NCBI GenBank assembly: GCA_963804165.1
Contig: CAWDPO010000019.1
Location: forward strand, 58,925-122,924
Direction of reading: 5' to 3'
DNA from: an uncultured delta proteobacterium
GTDB taxonomy: Bacteria; Desulfobacterota; Binatia; UBA9968
DNA: 64,000 bases
Shown here: positions 43,130 through 54,219 of the stretch, one piece after another
How positions within the stretch are numbered: the stretch's first letter is position 1
How the letters are laid out: each line of letters starts with the position of its first letter
Position numbers and translations under genes: made by a program
The notes under the pieces: model-generated
Seen by the model: only the letters and a program-made list of their open reading frames with translations
Database searches by the model: none
What the model was told of the DNA's origin: nothing

Positions 43130-43927
43130 ATGCTCACATCTGTCAAAATCGATAATCGAATCAATGCTCACCTGGGCCTCCCAGCCGGCTCCGGCAAAAA
43201 GCCCGTCGTCATTCATATGCACGAGCGTTACGGCATCGTGCAGCACACGACGGACTTAGGGCAGAAATTTGTCGATGCGGGTTACGTGACGATCGTGCCG
43301 GACTTCTTTTCGCGCTTCACCGGCGATCGCGCCGCCCTGGCGCGCGGCGACGATCGCTGCGAGCTTAGCGACGAGGAAGTTTTGCTCGATCTCGATGCGG
43401 TCATCGCTTATTTACGAACGCTACCGGATGCGGACATGAACAGGATAGCTATGTCCGGCGTGTGCCAGACCGGCAGGCAACCGATACTGGCCGCGGCCAA
43501 GCGTAACGATATTCGCGCCGCCGTGGTGCTTTACGGCGCCGTCTACGATGCCGATTGGAAGTCGCATGCGCTGCGGCCTGAACCGATCGACAAGCTCATG
43601 CAGGAAATCAAGTGCCCGCTCACGGCTGTATTCGGCGAGCTCGACAATCTCATCCATCGCGACAATATCGTGCGCATGGTCACCGTCCTCGCGCAGGCGA
43701 AAAAAAGCTTCGACATCCGCATCTACGCCGACGCGCCGCACGGCTTCTTGAACGACACCATGCCGGGCCGGTTTCGCGCGGCTCAGACCGACGCCGCGTG
43801 GCATCAGATTACTTCGTTTCTGCAATCGGTTTTCGCCGGCGAATGGAAAAAAGAGCGCCTCATCTGGCGCTTCGACGCCGACACTTCGATGAATTATGAC
43901 TTCGCCTCGATGAAGCGCTGGGAATAA
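43130..43927 (+). CDS. Dienelactone hydrolase family protein
   Basis: HERYG, nucleophile elbow GVCQTG, FGELD, APHGF; GAGGAGG RBS. Confidence 0.88.
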   Translation: MLTSVKIDNRINAHLGLPAGSGKKPVVIHMHERYGIVQHTTDLGQKFVDAGYVTIVPDFFSRFTGDRAALARGDDRCELSDEEVLLDLDAVIAYLRTLPDADMNRIAMSGVCQTGRQPILAAAKRNDIRAAVVLYGAVYDADWKSHALRPEPIDKLMQEIKCPLTAVFGELDNLIHRDNIVRMVTVLAQAKKSFDIRIYADAPHGFLNDTMPGRFRAAQTDAAWHQITSFLQSVFAGEWKKERLIWRFDADTSMNYDFASMKRWE

Positions 43928-44062
43928 TCTGCGCTGCGCGCAGAATTACAAATGCCAATTGCAGGTTCCAGGTTTCATCTCGGATTTGGAATTTGGAGTC
44001 TCTAATCTGGAATGGGACAAGCGCGTAGCGCTTGTCCCCCCGCGCCTTGACAGTCGCACCCG

Positions 44063-44945
44063 GTGGCGAATACAGTCCTCGCAGCTATCCTGGAGGAGCG
44101 CTACGGCAAAGCAAGAACAAAATGCCGTCGATCTCGTTTCGGTCGACGAATCGAATCGGCTGACGACGAACCGGCTGTGGCAGCGGTCGCGCGAATGCCT
44201 CTGCGATTGGCTCGGGGTAATCGGTGTCGTATCGTTCTTTCTCGCTTGGGAGTTGTCGACCCGCTTCGAAATCCTCAATCCTTTTTACTTTCCGCCCATC
44301 AGCAAGATTATCGCCAAGGGCTACGAGCTTTTCGCCAACGGCTCCATTTGGGAGCATATGTGGTTCAGCCTGACGAATTTCGCGATCGGTTTTTCCATCT
44401 CCGTGGTTCTCGGCGTAGTGCTCGGCGTGCCGATGGGCTGGTATAAAAACATCAGCAAAACGTTCGACCCGTTACTCTCGGGGATCTACGCCACCCCGTT
44501 GATCGCCCTGCTGCCGTTGATCATCATGCTGTTCGGTCTCGGCTCGATTTCGAAAATCATCATGACGATCCTCGCCGCCGTGTTTCCGATCCTCATCAAC
44601 ACCATGGTCGGCATCGCCAACACCGATCACCGGCTGATCACGATGGCGCGCGCCTTCGGCGCCAAGGACAACCAGATTTTTCGCAAAGTGTCGCTCCCCG
44701 GCTCGCTGCCTTACATCGTTGCCGGCATGCGTGTCGCTCTCGGCCGCGCGCTGGTCTACATCGTCGTCGCCGAGCAATACGGCGCGGCTACCGGTCTCGG
44801 CTATTTGAGCTCCATCGCGGCGCAGCGTTTTCAGATGGCCGCGATGTTCGTGCCGATCGTCATCATCGCCGGCATGGGCGCCGGCTTGAACGAATTGCTC
44901 AAAACCTTCGAGCGCCGTCTGGAAAAGTGGAAACCGCAAAAATAA
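44063..44945 (+). CDS. ABC transporter permease, NitT/TauT family (start uncertain)
   Basis: PLIALLPLII, MARAFGA, LPGSLPYI..GMR, VVAEQYGAATGLG. Confidence 0.88.
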
Positions 44946-45006
44946 CTCGCGGCAGGTTGCACGGAAACATATCGTAAAGAGGAAAATCCTTTAGGCGTTA
45001 GGGTAA

Positions 45007-45100
45007 GTCTTTCGCCGAGGCTCAGGATAAATTCCGCGAGGCATCTCGCATTTCTCTTGCACAGGGAGATGAGATCCTCTGGCTTCGGTTCAGGATGACA
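45007..45100. repeat. REP-like palindromic doublet
   Basis: Reverse complement reads TGTCATCCTGAACCGAAGC..GATCTC...GAGATGCCTCGCGGAATTTATCCTGAG; same family as 8010..8088. Confidence 0.65.
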
Positions 45101-45127
45101 TTCAGCGCAGTTTCACTGGGAGGAAGC

Positions 45128-46126
45128 ATGACCGTTTTGGGAAAGATCGCGTTGCTGTCGCTGCTGCTGTTTGTGGCCGCCGGGATCTTGTGCCCGTCCG
45201 ATGTCGGCGCGCAGAGCCGGAAAATGATCGTCGGACAAGCCGGCGTCAATCCCGGCGCGGGGTTGTTCAGCATTGCCGTCAATCAAGGGTTTTACAAAAA
45301 GCACGGTCTCGACGTGGAAATCATCAAGACCAATACCACGGCCGCCGTGCAGGCGATGCTCGCCGGCAAAATGCAGATGGCGACCGGAGCGGGCGCCGCC
45401 GCGTTTGTTACCGCGACTCTCGAAGGCGCGCCGCCGTTCGTTCTGGTGGCCTCGTGGGTCAACGTCTTTCCCTATAAAATCATGGCGCAGAAAGGCATCA
45501 GGAAAGTGGAAGATCTGAAGGGTAAGACCGGACACGTCGGCGCGCCTTTTGGCACGATCCCGGACACGGCTCTACGTTTCGCGTTGAACCGGCTGAAGAT
45601 CGACGCGGATAAGGACGTCAAGCTGGTGCAGCATTCCAACGCCGATCCGGCGAGCATCCTCGCGGCGATGGAAAAAGGCGAGGTTCAGTTCGGCATCCTT
45701 GCGCCGCCGTTCGATTTGATCGCGGAAAAGCGCGGCTACGAAATGTTACTGGCCCTGCCCGGCCTGGGAATACCATGGCAGCAAAACGGCGAGTTGGTTC
45801 CGGTTTCCTACTTGAAAAGCAATCGCGACAACGTCGTGCGCCTGCTGAAGGCCACCGCCGAGGCGGAAAAATTCTACTTTGATCAAAAGGAAAAGACCAT
45901 CGAGATCATGACCGAATACTTGGGCCGCCCGCGTGGCGAAACGGAGTACGCGTATAACCAATTCAAGCGTTGGACCGACCGCATCCCGCGGCCTCAGGTC
46001 GACACGATCAAGACGACTCTCGAAGCGATCAAGAAAAATACGCCCAAAGCCGCCACGGCCAATGCCGCGTCGTTCATCGACACGAGCCTCGTCGATCAGC
46101 TGGTGAAGGAAGGCTACTACAAATAG
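45128..46126 (+). CDS. ABC substrate-binding protein, NMT1/SsuA-like
   Basis: GFYKKHGLDVE, EDLKGKT, FIDTSLVDQLVKEG. Confidence 0.88.
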   Translation: MTVLGKIALLSLLLFVAAGILCPSDVGAQSRKMIVGQAGVNPGAGLFSIAVNQGFYKKHGLDVEIIKTNTTAAVQAMLAGKMQMATGAGAAAFVTATLEGAPPFVLVASWVNVFPYKIMAQKGIRKVEDLKGKTGHVGAPFGTIPDTALRFALNRLKIDADKDVKLVQHSNADPASILAAMEKGEVQFGILAPPFDLIAEKRGYEMLLALPGLGIPWQQNGELVPVSYLKSNRDNVVRLLKATAEAEKFYFDQKEKTIEIMTEYLGRPRGETEYAYNQFKRWTDRIPRPQVDTIKTTLEAIKKNTPKAATANAASFIDTSLVDQLVKEGYYK

Positions 46127-46296
46127 CCGAGCGACTCACGTTCGAGGAATCGGCGCATCGGATATTGTCCGAAAACGATTTGAACGACTTGAACTTTTTG
46201 AACGTTTGGAACGTTTAATTGGTCCCCAATAGTTTGACCCAACCGATCGTGGATGTTAGCATCCCGCGAGGTTTTTGCTGAAGGAGAATTCAATTC

Positions 46297-47422
46297 GTGA
46301 AGCTTTATAACTTCGATCTTCTCGCCTATCCCCACTTCCCCAAAGAAGCGCCGCGCACGCCGGTGCCGAGTAGTTATTTCGATCCGCCCAAAGGTGCGGC
46401 GAACTATGCGGAGCATATCGAGGAGATGGCCTACTGCGAGGAGCTGGGCTTCGACGGTGTCGTCTTCAACGAGCACCACTACAGCGCCTACGGCACGATG
46501 CCGTCGCCGAACCTGATCGCAGCAGCCTTGAGCCAGAGGACAAGAAGATCAAGATCGGCGTGCTCGGCAACATTCTGCCGCTGCGCAATCATCCCGTTCG
46601 CGTCGCCGAAGAGTACGCGATGATCGACTGCTTGAGCAACGGCCGTCTGATCGCAGGCTTCGTGCGCGGCATCCCGCCGGAATACATCTGGTACAACGTA
46701 AACCCGGAGGAGTCGCGCGGCCGATTCGAAGAAGCCTACGACTTGATCATGACGGCCTGGACCGAATCCGTCTGGAGCTCGAGGGCAGGTTCTTCGAGTT
46801 CGAGGACTGCGCATCTGGCCGCGGCCCGTCCAGCAGCCGCACCCGCCGATCTGGGTCGCCGCGCGTAGCGCCGAGAGGATCGAGTGGTGCGTCAAGCGCC
46901 ACATCCCGTTCGCGCAGGTCTACCAGACCGCCGACCAGATCGAAGACACCTTCGGCTATTACCGGCCAAAGCGCAAGAAGAAGGCTGGGAGGCCACGCCG
47001 GACGAATTCATTCTGTGCCGGCACATCTATCGTCGACGAACGGAACAAAAGGCGCGCGAGTTCGCCGAGCCGGCGATGCGCTACTTTTTCACGTCTTCAA
47101 TCGCGGCTTCAACGAAGCGGTCAACAGAGAGGCGCGTCGGCCAGACAGCTGTCGCCGCCCTGACCACGGAGCGATCCTTCAATTATTTCCGTGAGGAGAA
47201 CCGCAAACGCCTCGACTTCTCGAAGCTCAGCTGGGAGGACTAATCGCAGCGGCTATCTCATCGCGGCAATCCCGACAGCGTCGCCAAGCAGTTCACTGCC
47301 CAGATGCCCAGGTCGGCGCCGGCCAGTTCATGGGCATGTTCCACATCGGCAACCTCACCCACGATAAAGTCGTCAACTCGCTCAATCTATTCAAAAAAGA
47401 GATTATGCCACGATTGCACTAG
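46297..47422 (+). CDS. LLM-class flavin-dependent monooxygenase (many frameshifts)
   Basis: EELGFDGVVFNEHH, MPSPNL, HPVRVAEEYAMIDCLSNGRL, RPVQQPHPPIW; its TAG stop coincides with the MITE CTAG. Confidence 0.85.
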
Positions 47423-47615
47423 CCTCCTGTCCCAGAAGTTCGCTGAATTATTGCCACGTTGCTGCGTCGAAAATCTCCCCTACCCCTCTTTGTCAAAGAG
47501 GGGTGAGGACATATCGAGCAAACTCCCCTTTTATTCAAAACGGGATACAGGGGGATTTGGGTTCGATTTGCCAACGGTAGGACTTTCTAAACGAACTTCT
47601 GAGACACCACACTAG
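47419..47615 (+). mobile_element. MITE copy C (diverged)
   Basis: CTAGCCTCCTGTCCCAGAAGTTCG ... CGAACTTCTGAGACACCACACTAG with the same internal palindrome doublet. Confidence 0.85.
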
Positions 47616-47721
47616 GAGCAATCAACACCGTCGCCACGTGTGAGAATCGCAAACTCGTCGGCTGCGGGTCACTTCGCGCCGCATTTGCCGCCCGTAAACC
47701 AAGTGCTATATTTTGATCGAG

Positions 47722-48495
47722 ATGGCAGACGATTGCAGCCGGGCAAAGGGTCAGCGCGACCTGTGGAGCCGGCGGCAGGTACTCCTCTATTTCGGCGCAG
47801 CGACAGCTGTGGTAGCGGGATGCCGGCGCCGACCGTCTCAACCGTCATTGTCGGCGGACATGGGGACTTCACACGGCGAGGCGTTTGCTGCCACGCTTCC
47901 CGCCTGTGTAGTTCGCCCCGAACAAACCGAGGGGCCTTACTACGTCGACGAGAAACTCAACCGCGCCGACATCCGGATCGATCCGTCGGATAAATCCATC
48001 AAACCCGGAATTCCGCTGCGTTTGGAGTTCCATGTTTCGCGCGTCGCCGCTGGGGCCTGCGCCCCGCTGGCGGGCGCCATCGTCGACATTTGGCATTGCG
48101 ACGCTCTCGGCGTCTACTCCGACGTGCGTGACGCGGGTTTCGACACCCGCGGAAAAAAGTTTCTGCGCGGCTATCAACAGACCGACGCAAACGGCGGCGC
48201 GGAATTCCTCACCATCTATCCCGGTTGGTACGAAGGCCGGGCGGTGCATATCCATTTTAAAATTCGCGGTCCTCAAGCGACGCGCGCCCAAGAGTTCACT
48301 TCGCAGCTCTACTTCGATGAAGCCGTCACCGATCAGATCCTGAAACAGTCGCCCTACAGCGGCAAGGGCGGCCGCAGGACGATGAACGACGGCGATTCCA
48401 TCTTTCGTCGCGGCGGCAAACAATTGCTGCTCACGCCGACAAGAAATGCGCAGGGCTACGCGGCGAAGTTCGAGATCGGACTACAACCGGCCTGA
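47722..48495 (+). CDS. Intradiol ring-cleavage dioxygenase-like protein with twin-arginine leader
   Basis: SRRQVL, TEGPYY, DIWHCDALGVYS, PGWYEGRAVHIH, TSQLYF. Confidence 0.88.
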   Translation: MADDCSRAKGQRDLWSRRQVLLYFGAATAVVAGCRRRPSQPSLSADMGTSHGEAFAATLPACVVRPEQTEGPYYVDEKLNRADIRIDPSDKSIKPGIPLRLEFHVSRVAAGACAPLAGAIVDIWHCDALGVYSDVRDAGFDTRGKKFLRGYQQTDANGGAEFLTIYPGWYEGRAVHIHFKIRGPQATRAQEFTSQLYFDEAVTDQILKQSPYSGKGGRRTMNDGDSIFRRGGKQLLLTPTRNAQGYAAKFEIGLQPA

Positions 48496-48635
48496 TTTCA
48501 AAACGGCAACGGCGCAGTGGAACTAAACTGCGCGCGCCGGCGCGATCGATTTCCGGAGCGACCGACAGCATCTTCTTGACAAGCGAACTTCCCTCTCATA
48601 TTGCTGCCTGAAGACTATTCTTAAGAAGTCCATTC

Positions 48636-50747
48636 GTGGCAGCAAAAGTGCAATACATCATCGGCGTCGATACCGGCGGGACATTCACCGACGTCGTCGT
48701 GTTAGACAATTCTGGAAAAGTTTGGACGGCGAAAGCGTCGACGACCCCCGACGACTTCTCCCGCGGCGTCATGGACGCGGTGAAAGAAGCCGCCGGCGCC
48801 GTCGGCGTGGAGACAAAGGACTTGCTCGGCCAAACGCTGTTGTTCAAACACGGCAGTACCGTCGCGACCAATGCCTTGATCACCCACAACGGCTGCAAGG
48901 TCGGTCTCATTACCACCAAAGGATTCGAAGATACTACGGAGATCATGCGCGCCATCGGCCGCGTCGACGGCCTATCCGGCGACGAGATCAAGCATGTGAC
49001 CTGGATCACCAAGCCGGAGCCGTTCGTTCCCAGAGAGCGCGTGATCGGCGTGCGCGAGCGTATGGATTACCTGGGCAACGAAATCGTTCCCCTCAATTGG
49101 GACGACGTCATGGATGCGATCCGCCGGCTGATGGAAGTTGAAAAAGTCGACGCCGTCGCCGTCAGCCTGATGCATGCGTGGGCGAACCCGCGCCACGAAG
49201 AGGAAATTCGCGCGCTTACCGCCGAAGCGGACCCGCATGGAAAAGTCTATTGGTCCTTCGGCAGCGCGCTGTCGCAAGTGGCCGGCGAGTATGCCCGCGC
49301 CAACACGGCCGTTTTGAATTCCTACCTGGGCCCGACTGTGGAACGTTACTTAAAGGATCTCGAGAGCAAACTGCAGCGCGGCGGCCTCAAAGGGTCTCTC
49401 CTGATCATGCAGGGAAACGGCGGCGTGGCGCATCGCGAGCACGTCAGCGCGATTGCCAATCTGCAGTCCGGTCCGGCGGGCGGGATGATTGCTTCAGCTC
49501 ATGTCGCCGGATTACTGAAACACAAAAACGTCATCACCACCGATATGGGCGGCACGAGCTTTGACGTCGGCCTCATTACCGAAGGCTACTGGCGCTACGC
49601 CGCGGAACCGATCGTCGAACGCTTTCGCATGCTGCAACCGATCATCGATATCGAGTCGATCGGCGCCGGCGGCGGTACCCTGGCAGAAGTCGAAGCCGAA
49701 ACCCGCCGGCTACTGGTCGGTCCACGCAGCGCGGGCGCGAACCCCGGCCCGGTTTGCTACGACGGCGGCGGCGAGCAAATTACCGTCACCGATTGCGATC
49801 TCGCACTGGGGATCATCGATCCAAATTATTTTCTTGGCGGACGCAAGAGTCTGAACAAGGATAAAGCGCTGCGCGCCATTGACGATAAAATCGCCAAGCC
49901 GCTTAAATTAAGAACCCACGAAGCCGCTGCGGGCGTGTACGACATCGTCAATGCCAAGATGTCGGATCTGATCCGCCGCCAAGTGGTGCGCACCGGCTAT
50001 CTGCCCGAAGAGTTCGTCATTTACGCGTTCGGCGGCGCCGGTCCCGTCCATGCTGCCGGCTTCGCGGCGGAATTGGGCATAAAAACAATCTATATTTTCG
50101 CCACCTCGCCGGTCTTTTCCGCCTTCGGCGCGGCCTCCGCCGATGTCATTCGCACGCGCGTGATGAGCTGCCAATACGTGATGCCCGCCGATCCCGACGT
50201 CATTAACCAACGGCTCGCTCTCGTTGAGAAGGAAATGGCCACGGCGATGATCGCCGAAGGATTTAAAGTGGGCCAAGTCGAGTTTCGCCGCTACTTCACC
50301 ATGCGTTACCGGCGCCAAACCGCCGGCGTCGAGATGCCCGGAACCTTTGACCGATTCAACGCCAAGCGTTTGACGGAAATGCACTCCGCCTTCGAGAAAA
50401 AATATCAAGAACTTTATGGCGTCGGAGCCGGCTATGCCAAGGCGGGAATTGAGATCAGTGAGATCCGCGTCGACGCCGTGGGTAAAGTCGACAAGCCAAA
50501 GCTCAGCGCGAAACGTAAAAGCGGCCGCAACCCGCGCGCCGCGCTCAAGGGTAAACGGCAAGTGTACTTCACGCGACCCCAACGCAAATTCATCGACACA
50601 CCGGTTTATGATTATGACAAGCTCTCCGCCGGCGCGGTGGTGCGCGGGCCCGCGATCATCGAGTTGCCGTTTACCACCACGCTGATACCGCCGGAGCATA
50701 GAGTGACAGTCGATCCGTATCTGAACTTGGTGATGGAGGTGCCGTAG
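48636..50747 (+). CDS. Hydantoinase/oxoprolinase A family (acetone carboxylase beta-like) ATP-binding subunit
   Basis: GVDTGGTFTD, HGSTVATNA, SGPAGG, DMGGTSFD, IGAGGG, GPVCY. Confidence 0.93.
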   Translation: MAAKVQYIIGVDTGGTFTDVVVLDNSGKVWTAKASTTPDDFSRGVMDAVKEAAGAVGVETKDLLGQTLLFKHGSTVATNALITHNGCKVGLITTKGFEDTTEIMRAIGRVDGLSGDEIKHVTWITKPEPFVPRERVIGVRERMDYLGNEIVPLNWDDVMDAIRRLMEVEKVDAVAVSLMHAWANPRHEEEIRALTAEADPHGKVYWSFGSALSQVAGEYARANTAVLNSYLGPTVERYLKDLESKLQRGGLKGSLLIMQGNGGVAHREHVSAIANLQSGPAGGMIASAHVAGLLKHKNVITTDMGGTSFDVGLITEGYWRYAAEPIVERFRMLQPIIDIESIGAGGGTLAEVEAETRRLLVGPRSAGANPGPVCYDGGGEQITVTDCDLALGIIDPNYFLGGRKSLNKDKALRAIDDKIAKPLKLRTHEAAAGVYDIVNAKMSDLIRRQVVRTGYLPEEFVIYAFGGAGPVHAAGFAAELGIKTIYIFATSPVFSAFGAASADVIRTRVMSCQYVMPADPDVINQRLALVEKEMATAMIAEGFKVGQVEFRRYFTMRYRRQTAGVEMPGTFDRFNAKRLTEMHSAFEKKYQELYGVGAGYAKAGIEISEIRVDAVGKVDKPKLSAKRKSGRNPRAALKGKRQVYFTRPQRKFIDTPVYDYDKLSAGAVVRGPAIIELPFTTTLIPPEHRVTVDPYLNLVMEVP

Positions 50748-50753
50748 CCGAGA

Positions 50754-50849
50754 TTGGAGTGATGGAATAATGGAGTAATGGTAAATCGGAATGCATCACG
50801 CTATTTGCGTCATGCATTTACCAATACTCCAATACTCCAAGACTCCAAC
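50754..50849. repeat. Inverted pair of octamer arrays (TGGAGTAA / CAATACTC)
   Basis: TTGGAGTGATGGAATAATGGAGTAATGG ... CCAATACTCCAATACTCCAAGACTCCAA. Confidence 0.75.
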
Positions 50850-50869
50850 AGTCCGGGGAGGGCATTGCT

Positions 50870-51868
50870 ATGCAACATTTTGCGGTGCTCGGGCACCTAA
50901 AGTTGCTTTGTTGCGCCATCGCCTTCTTGGGGACACTCGTTGGGGCGACGGTTGCTTCCGCTCAGACCGTGCGTATTGCTGTCGGTGCGGCCAGCGTCGC
51001 TTCATTGCCGACCTGGGTTGCCCAAGACGGCGGTTATTTCGCGCGCGAAGGTGTGCCCGCCGAGTTGATTTATATCCGCGGCGGACCGCAAACAATGGCG
51101 GCGCTCATCAGTAGTGAAGTTCCTTTTGCGCAAATTTACGGCGGGGCATTAGTGGCGGCGGGGCTCACCGGCACAGATGTCGTGATCATCGCAGGGCTGA
51201 TCAACCAGCCGTTTTTCTCGATCATCACGACCAAAGGGATCGACAAGCCGGACGATCTACGCGGTAAGAAAATTGGCATCAGCACATTCGGCTCCGCCAC
51301 GGATTTCGCATTACGCTTGGCGCTAAAAAAATGGGGCATCAAGGCGGACAGCGAAGTGAGTATTCTGCAGATGCGCGGCGTGCCGGAGATCTTGCCCGCC
51401 ATGGCGTCAGGCGCGTTACACGGTGGCGTGATGTCGCCGCCGACCAACATGATGGCGATCCGCGCCGGATTCAAAGAACTCGCCTATTTGCCGCAGATCG
51501 GCATTTCCTTTCAGCACACCAGCCTGGCGACAACGAGAAAATATTTAGAGAGAAACCGCCCGATCGCTTTGAAAGTCCTGCGAGCTTACAATGCAGCTAT
51601 TGATAGAATCAAAGCCGACAAAGCCTTCACGCAAAAAACTCTTTCGAAGTACATGAGCACCACCGATTCCGTCGTGCTGGATTACAGCTACAACGTCGGC
51701 CAGCCGCTCTTCAGGAACCCGCCCTATCCCACGCTGGAAGGCATCCAGGCCGCGCTCGACTTTCTCGCCGACAAGGAACCCAAGGCGAAGCTGGCCCAGC
51801 CGAAAGATTTCGTGGACACGTCGCTGCTGGACGAGCTGGCGAAAAGGCCGACCGTTGAGAAACGATAG
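50870..51868 (+). CDS. ABC substrate-binding protein, NMT1/SsuA-like
   Basis: PTWVAQDGGYF, DLRGKKIGISTFGSATD, KDFVDTSLL. Confidence 0.9.
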   Translation: MQHFAVLGHLKLLCCAIAFLGTLVGATVASAQTVRIAVGAASVASLPTWVAQDGGYFAREGVPAELIYIRGGPQTMAALISSEVPFAQIYGGALVAAGLTGTDVVIIAGLINQPFFSIITTKGIDKPDDLRGKKIGISTFGSATDFALRLALKKWGIKADSEVSILQMRGVPEILPAMASGALHGGVMSPPTNMMAIRAGFKELAYLPQIGISFQHTSLATTRKYLERNRPIALKVLRAYNAAIDRIKADKAFTQKTLSKYMSTTDSVVLDYSYNVGQPLFRNPPYPTLEGIQAALDFLADKEPKAKLAQPKDFVDTSLLDELAKRPTVEKR

Positions 51869-51871
51869 AGT

Positions 51872-51921
51872 GGAGGGCGGACATTCTTGTCCGCCACGGC
51901 GGGTTAGAAAATCCGCCCTCC
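51872..51921. repeat. REP doublet (GGAGGGCGGACATTCTTGTCCGCC-AC-GGCGGGTTAGAAAATCCGCCCTCC)
   Basis: Two inverted palindromes within the operon. Confidence 0.7.
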
Positions 51922-51940
51922 CTCGAGGGAGCAACCAAAG

Positions 51941-54219
51941 GTGAAAAACAAAAACCTCGCCATCGATCCGATCCGCTATGAAATGTATCTCCACCGCCTG
52001 TGGGCCATCGGCGAAGAAGGACGCATGACGCTGCAACGCGTCACCGCGTCGCCGATCGTGTCGCAAGGCGGCGAATGCATGAGCTCCTTTTACGACGAGA
52101 AAGGCACGATGGTGCTTGCCTGCTCCGGCCATCTGCGCTTTGCCGCGGCGACCTCGGACGCCATCAGAGACTTGATGCGCCGTTTCGAAAAATCGCCCGG
52201 CTTTTTCGACGGCGACCAATTTTTCTTTAACGATCCGTACGTCGCCGGCTCACATACCTACGACATGATGATCGTCAAGCCGATCTTTTTCGGCGGCAAA
52301 CTGATCGCCTGGACGGCGACGAGCACGCACACCGCGGACACCGGCGGTCTGTTGCGCGGCGCGGCTCAGGAAATATTTCATGAAGGCATTTGCGTGCCGG
52401 GATTGAAGATCGTCGAGAAAGACGAGTTTCGCGAAGATGTGTTCCAGACTTTGACCGGCATGTGCCGCGATCCGCAGTACGTCGGCCTCGATGTGAAAGC
52501 GATGATCGCCGGCAACAATATTTGCGCCAAACGCTATCTCGGCTTGGTGGAGAAATTCGGCCTTAAATTCGTTCAACTGGCCGGCCAAAAAATGATCGAA
52601 GATTCCGAAGCGAAGTCGCGCGCCAAGCTGCGCTCCATGCCCGACGGCACCTGGGTGACGCGCCAATACGTCACCACGCTCGATCGTAAGACGCGAAAAT
52701 CGGTCGCGCAGCAGCTCTTCTGCACGATGACCAAGAAGGGCGCTGAGCTTAGCTTCGACTTCACCGGCACCAGCCAGCAGACCGACACGGATCACAACTC
52801 CACGCTGCCCAGCACGGTCGCGCACCTTGCGCTTGCGCTTACCAATACGCTCTTCTGGGACGTGCCGTGGAGCGACGGCAAAATGCGTCCGGTGAAAGTC
52901 CACGTGCCCGAAGGCAGCATACTCAATTGCAAGTATCCCGCGGCCTGCGGCGCAGGACCGCGCATCGGCAACGTGCTGGTTTCCACGGTCTGCGAAGCTG
53001 TGGCGAAGATGATTTATGCCTCGGGACGCTACGACGATGTCAACGCGTCGACGACGGGCAATTTGGAATTTGTCGGCGGCCCCGGCTATTTCTACGGCGG
53101 CCACACTCGCGAAGGCATCGCGGTCGCGCAAGGACTTTACGACATCCACGGCGCCGGCATGGGCGCCGCGCCGAACCGCGACGGCGTCAATACCGGCGGC
53201 CACATGAATATTCCCTCGGCGGGCATCACCGACATCGAGCGCATCGAGATGCAATATCCCTTTCTCTATTTCACGCGCTCGCACAATCCCGACGGCAGCG
53301 GCTTCGGTCAATACCGCGGCGGCCTCGGCAGCTATCGCATCTATCTGATCTATGGTTCGAAAGATTGCAGCGTCGACTACAAACCCTATGGGGGCGTGGC
53401 GCAAGGCGGTTTCGGCCTCGCCGGTGGTTATCCGACCGGCGTCGGGGCAACCCGCGTGATGGTGGAAGCGGGCTTGGAGACGCTCGACAAAGTGAAAACG
53501 GGTGCTCAACCGACCGGCGCAGCCATGCGCGCCGGCCAGTGGGGAAAATCATTTCTACCCGCAGGCGTGCCGGAACGCGTTTCGTTGCCGGAAGGAAGCT
53601 TGCTGGTCGATTACGTCGCCGGCGGCGGCGGTTTCGGCGATCCCATCGACCGCGATCCGCAGGCGGTGCTGAAGGATTTTGGCCGCGGTTGGCTAAGTCG
53701 AAAAATCGCCCAGCGGATCTACGGCGTAATTCTTCGGGCGATGGAAAACGGATCGATGGCCCGGGCAACCGAAGCGCGCCGCGGTGAAATTCGCGATCAG
53801 CGGAAGCGCGATTCGCGCCGGTTTCCGGAAAAACCAGCAAGTATCCGAACACGGGCCAGAACGGCTGGCGCCGTCTGCTCAAGTTTCACGCCGCTCTGGA
53901 AATCCCGGCCGATGGAAAACAAAAGGTGATCCGCTGCGCGCGCTGCGGCCATCTGCTCTGCAAGGCCGATGAGAACTACAAACTCTACGCGCTTCATTGT
54001 GTCACGCACTTGAGTGAAGTGATGCCGCCGCTCCCGTCGGGCGAGCCGTACATCGGTGAATATCATATTTATACTTGCCCCGGCTGCGCGACGCAGTTGC
54101 AAGTCGACATGTTCAGCCCGTCGCTGGGTGGCGACGCCGTGCTGTGGGACACGCGCATCGACGCGGAGCGGCTGAAACTCACCGAGAGCAAGCTCTCCGA
54201 AAAAGGAGCAAGGCGATGA
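51941..54219 (+). CDS. Hydantoinase B / acetone carboxylase alpha-like subunit, apparently fused to a gamma-like Zn domain (frameshift near 53840)
   Basis: ASPIVSQGGEC, NDPY..GSHTYD, HTADTGG, GGGGFGDPIDRDP; then IRCARCGH..C and YTCPGCAT. Confidence 0.85.
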
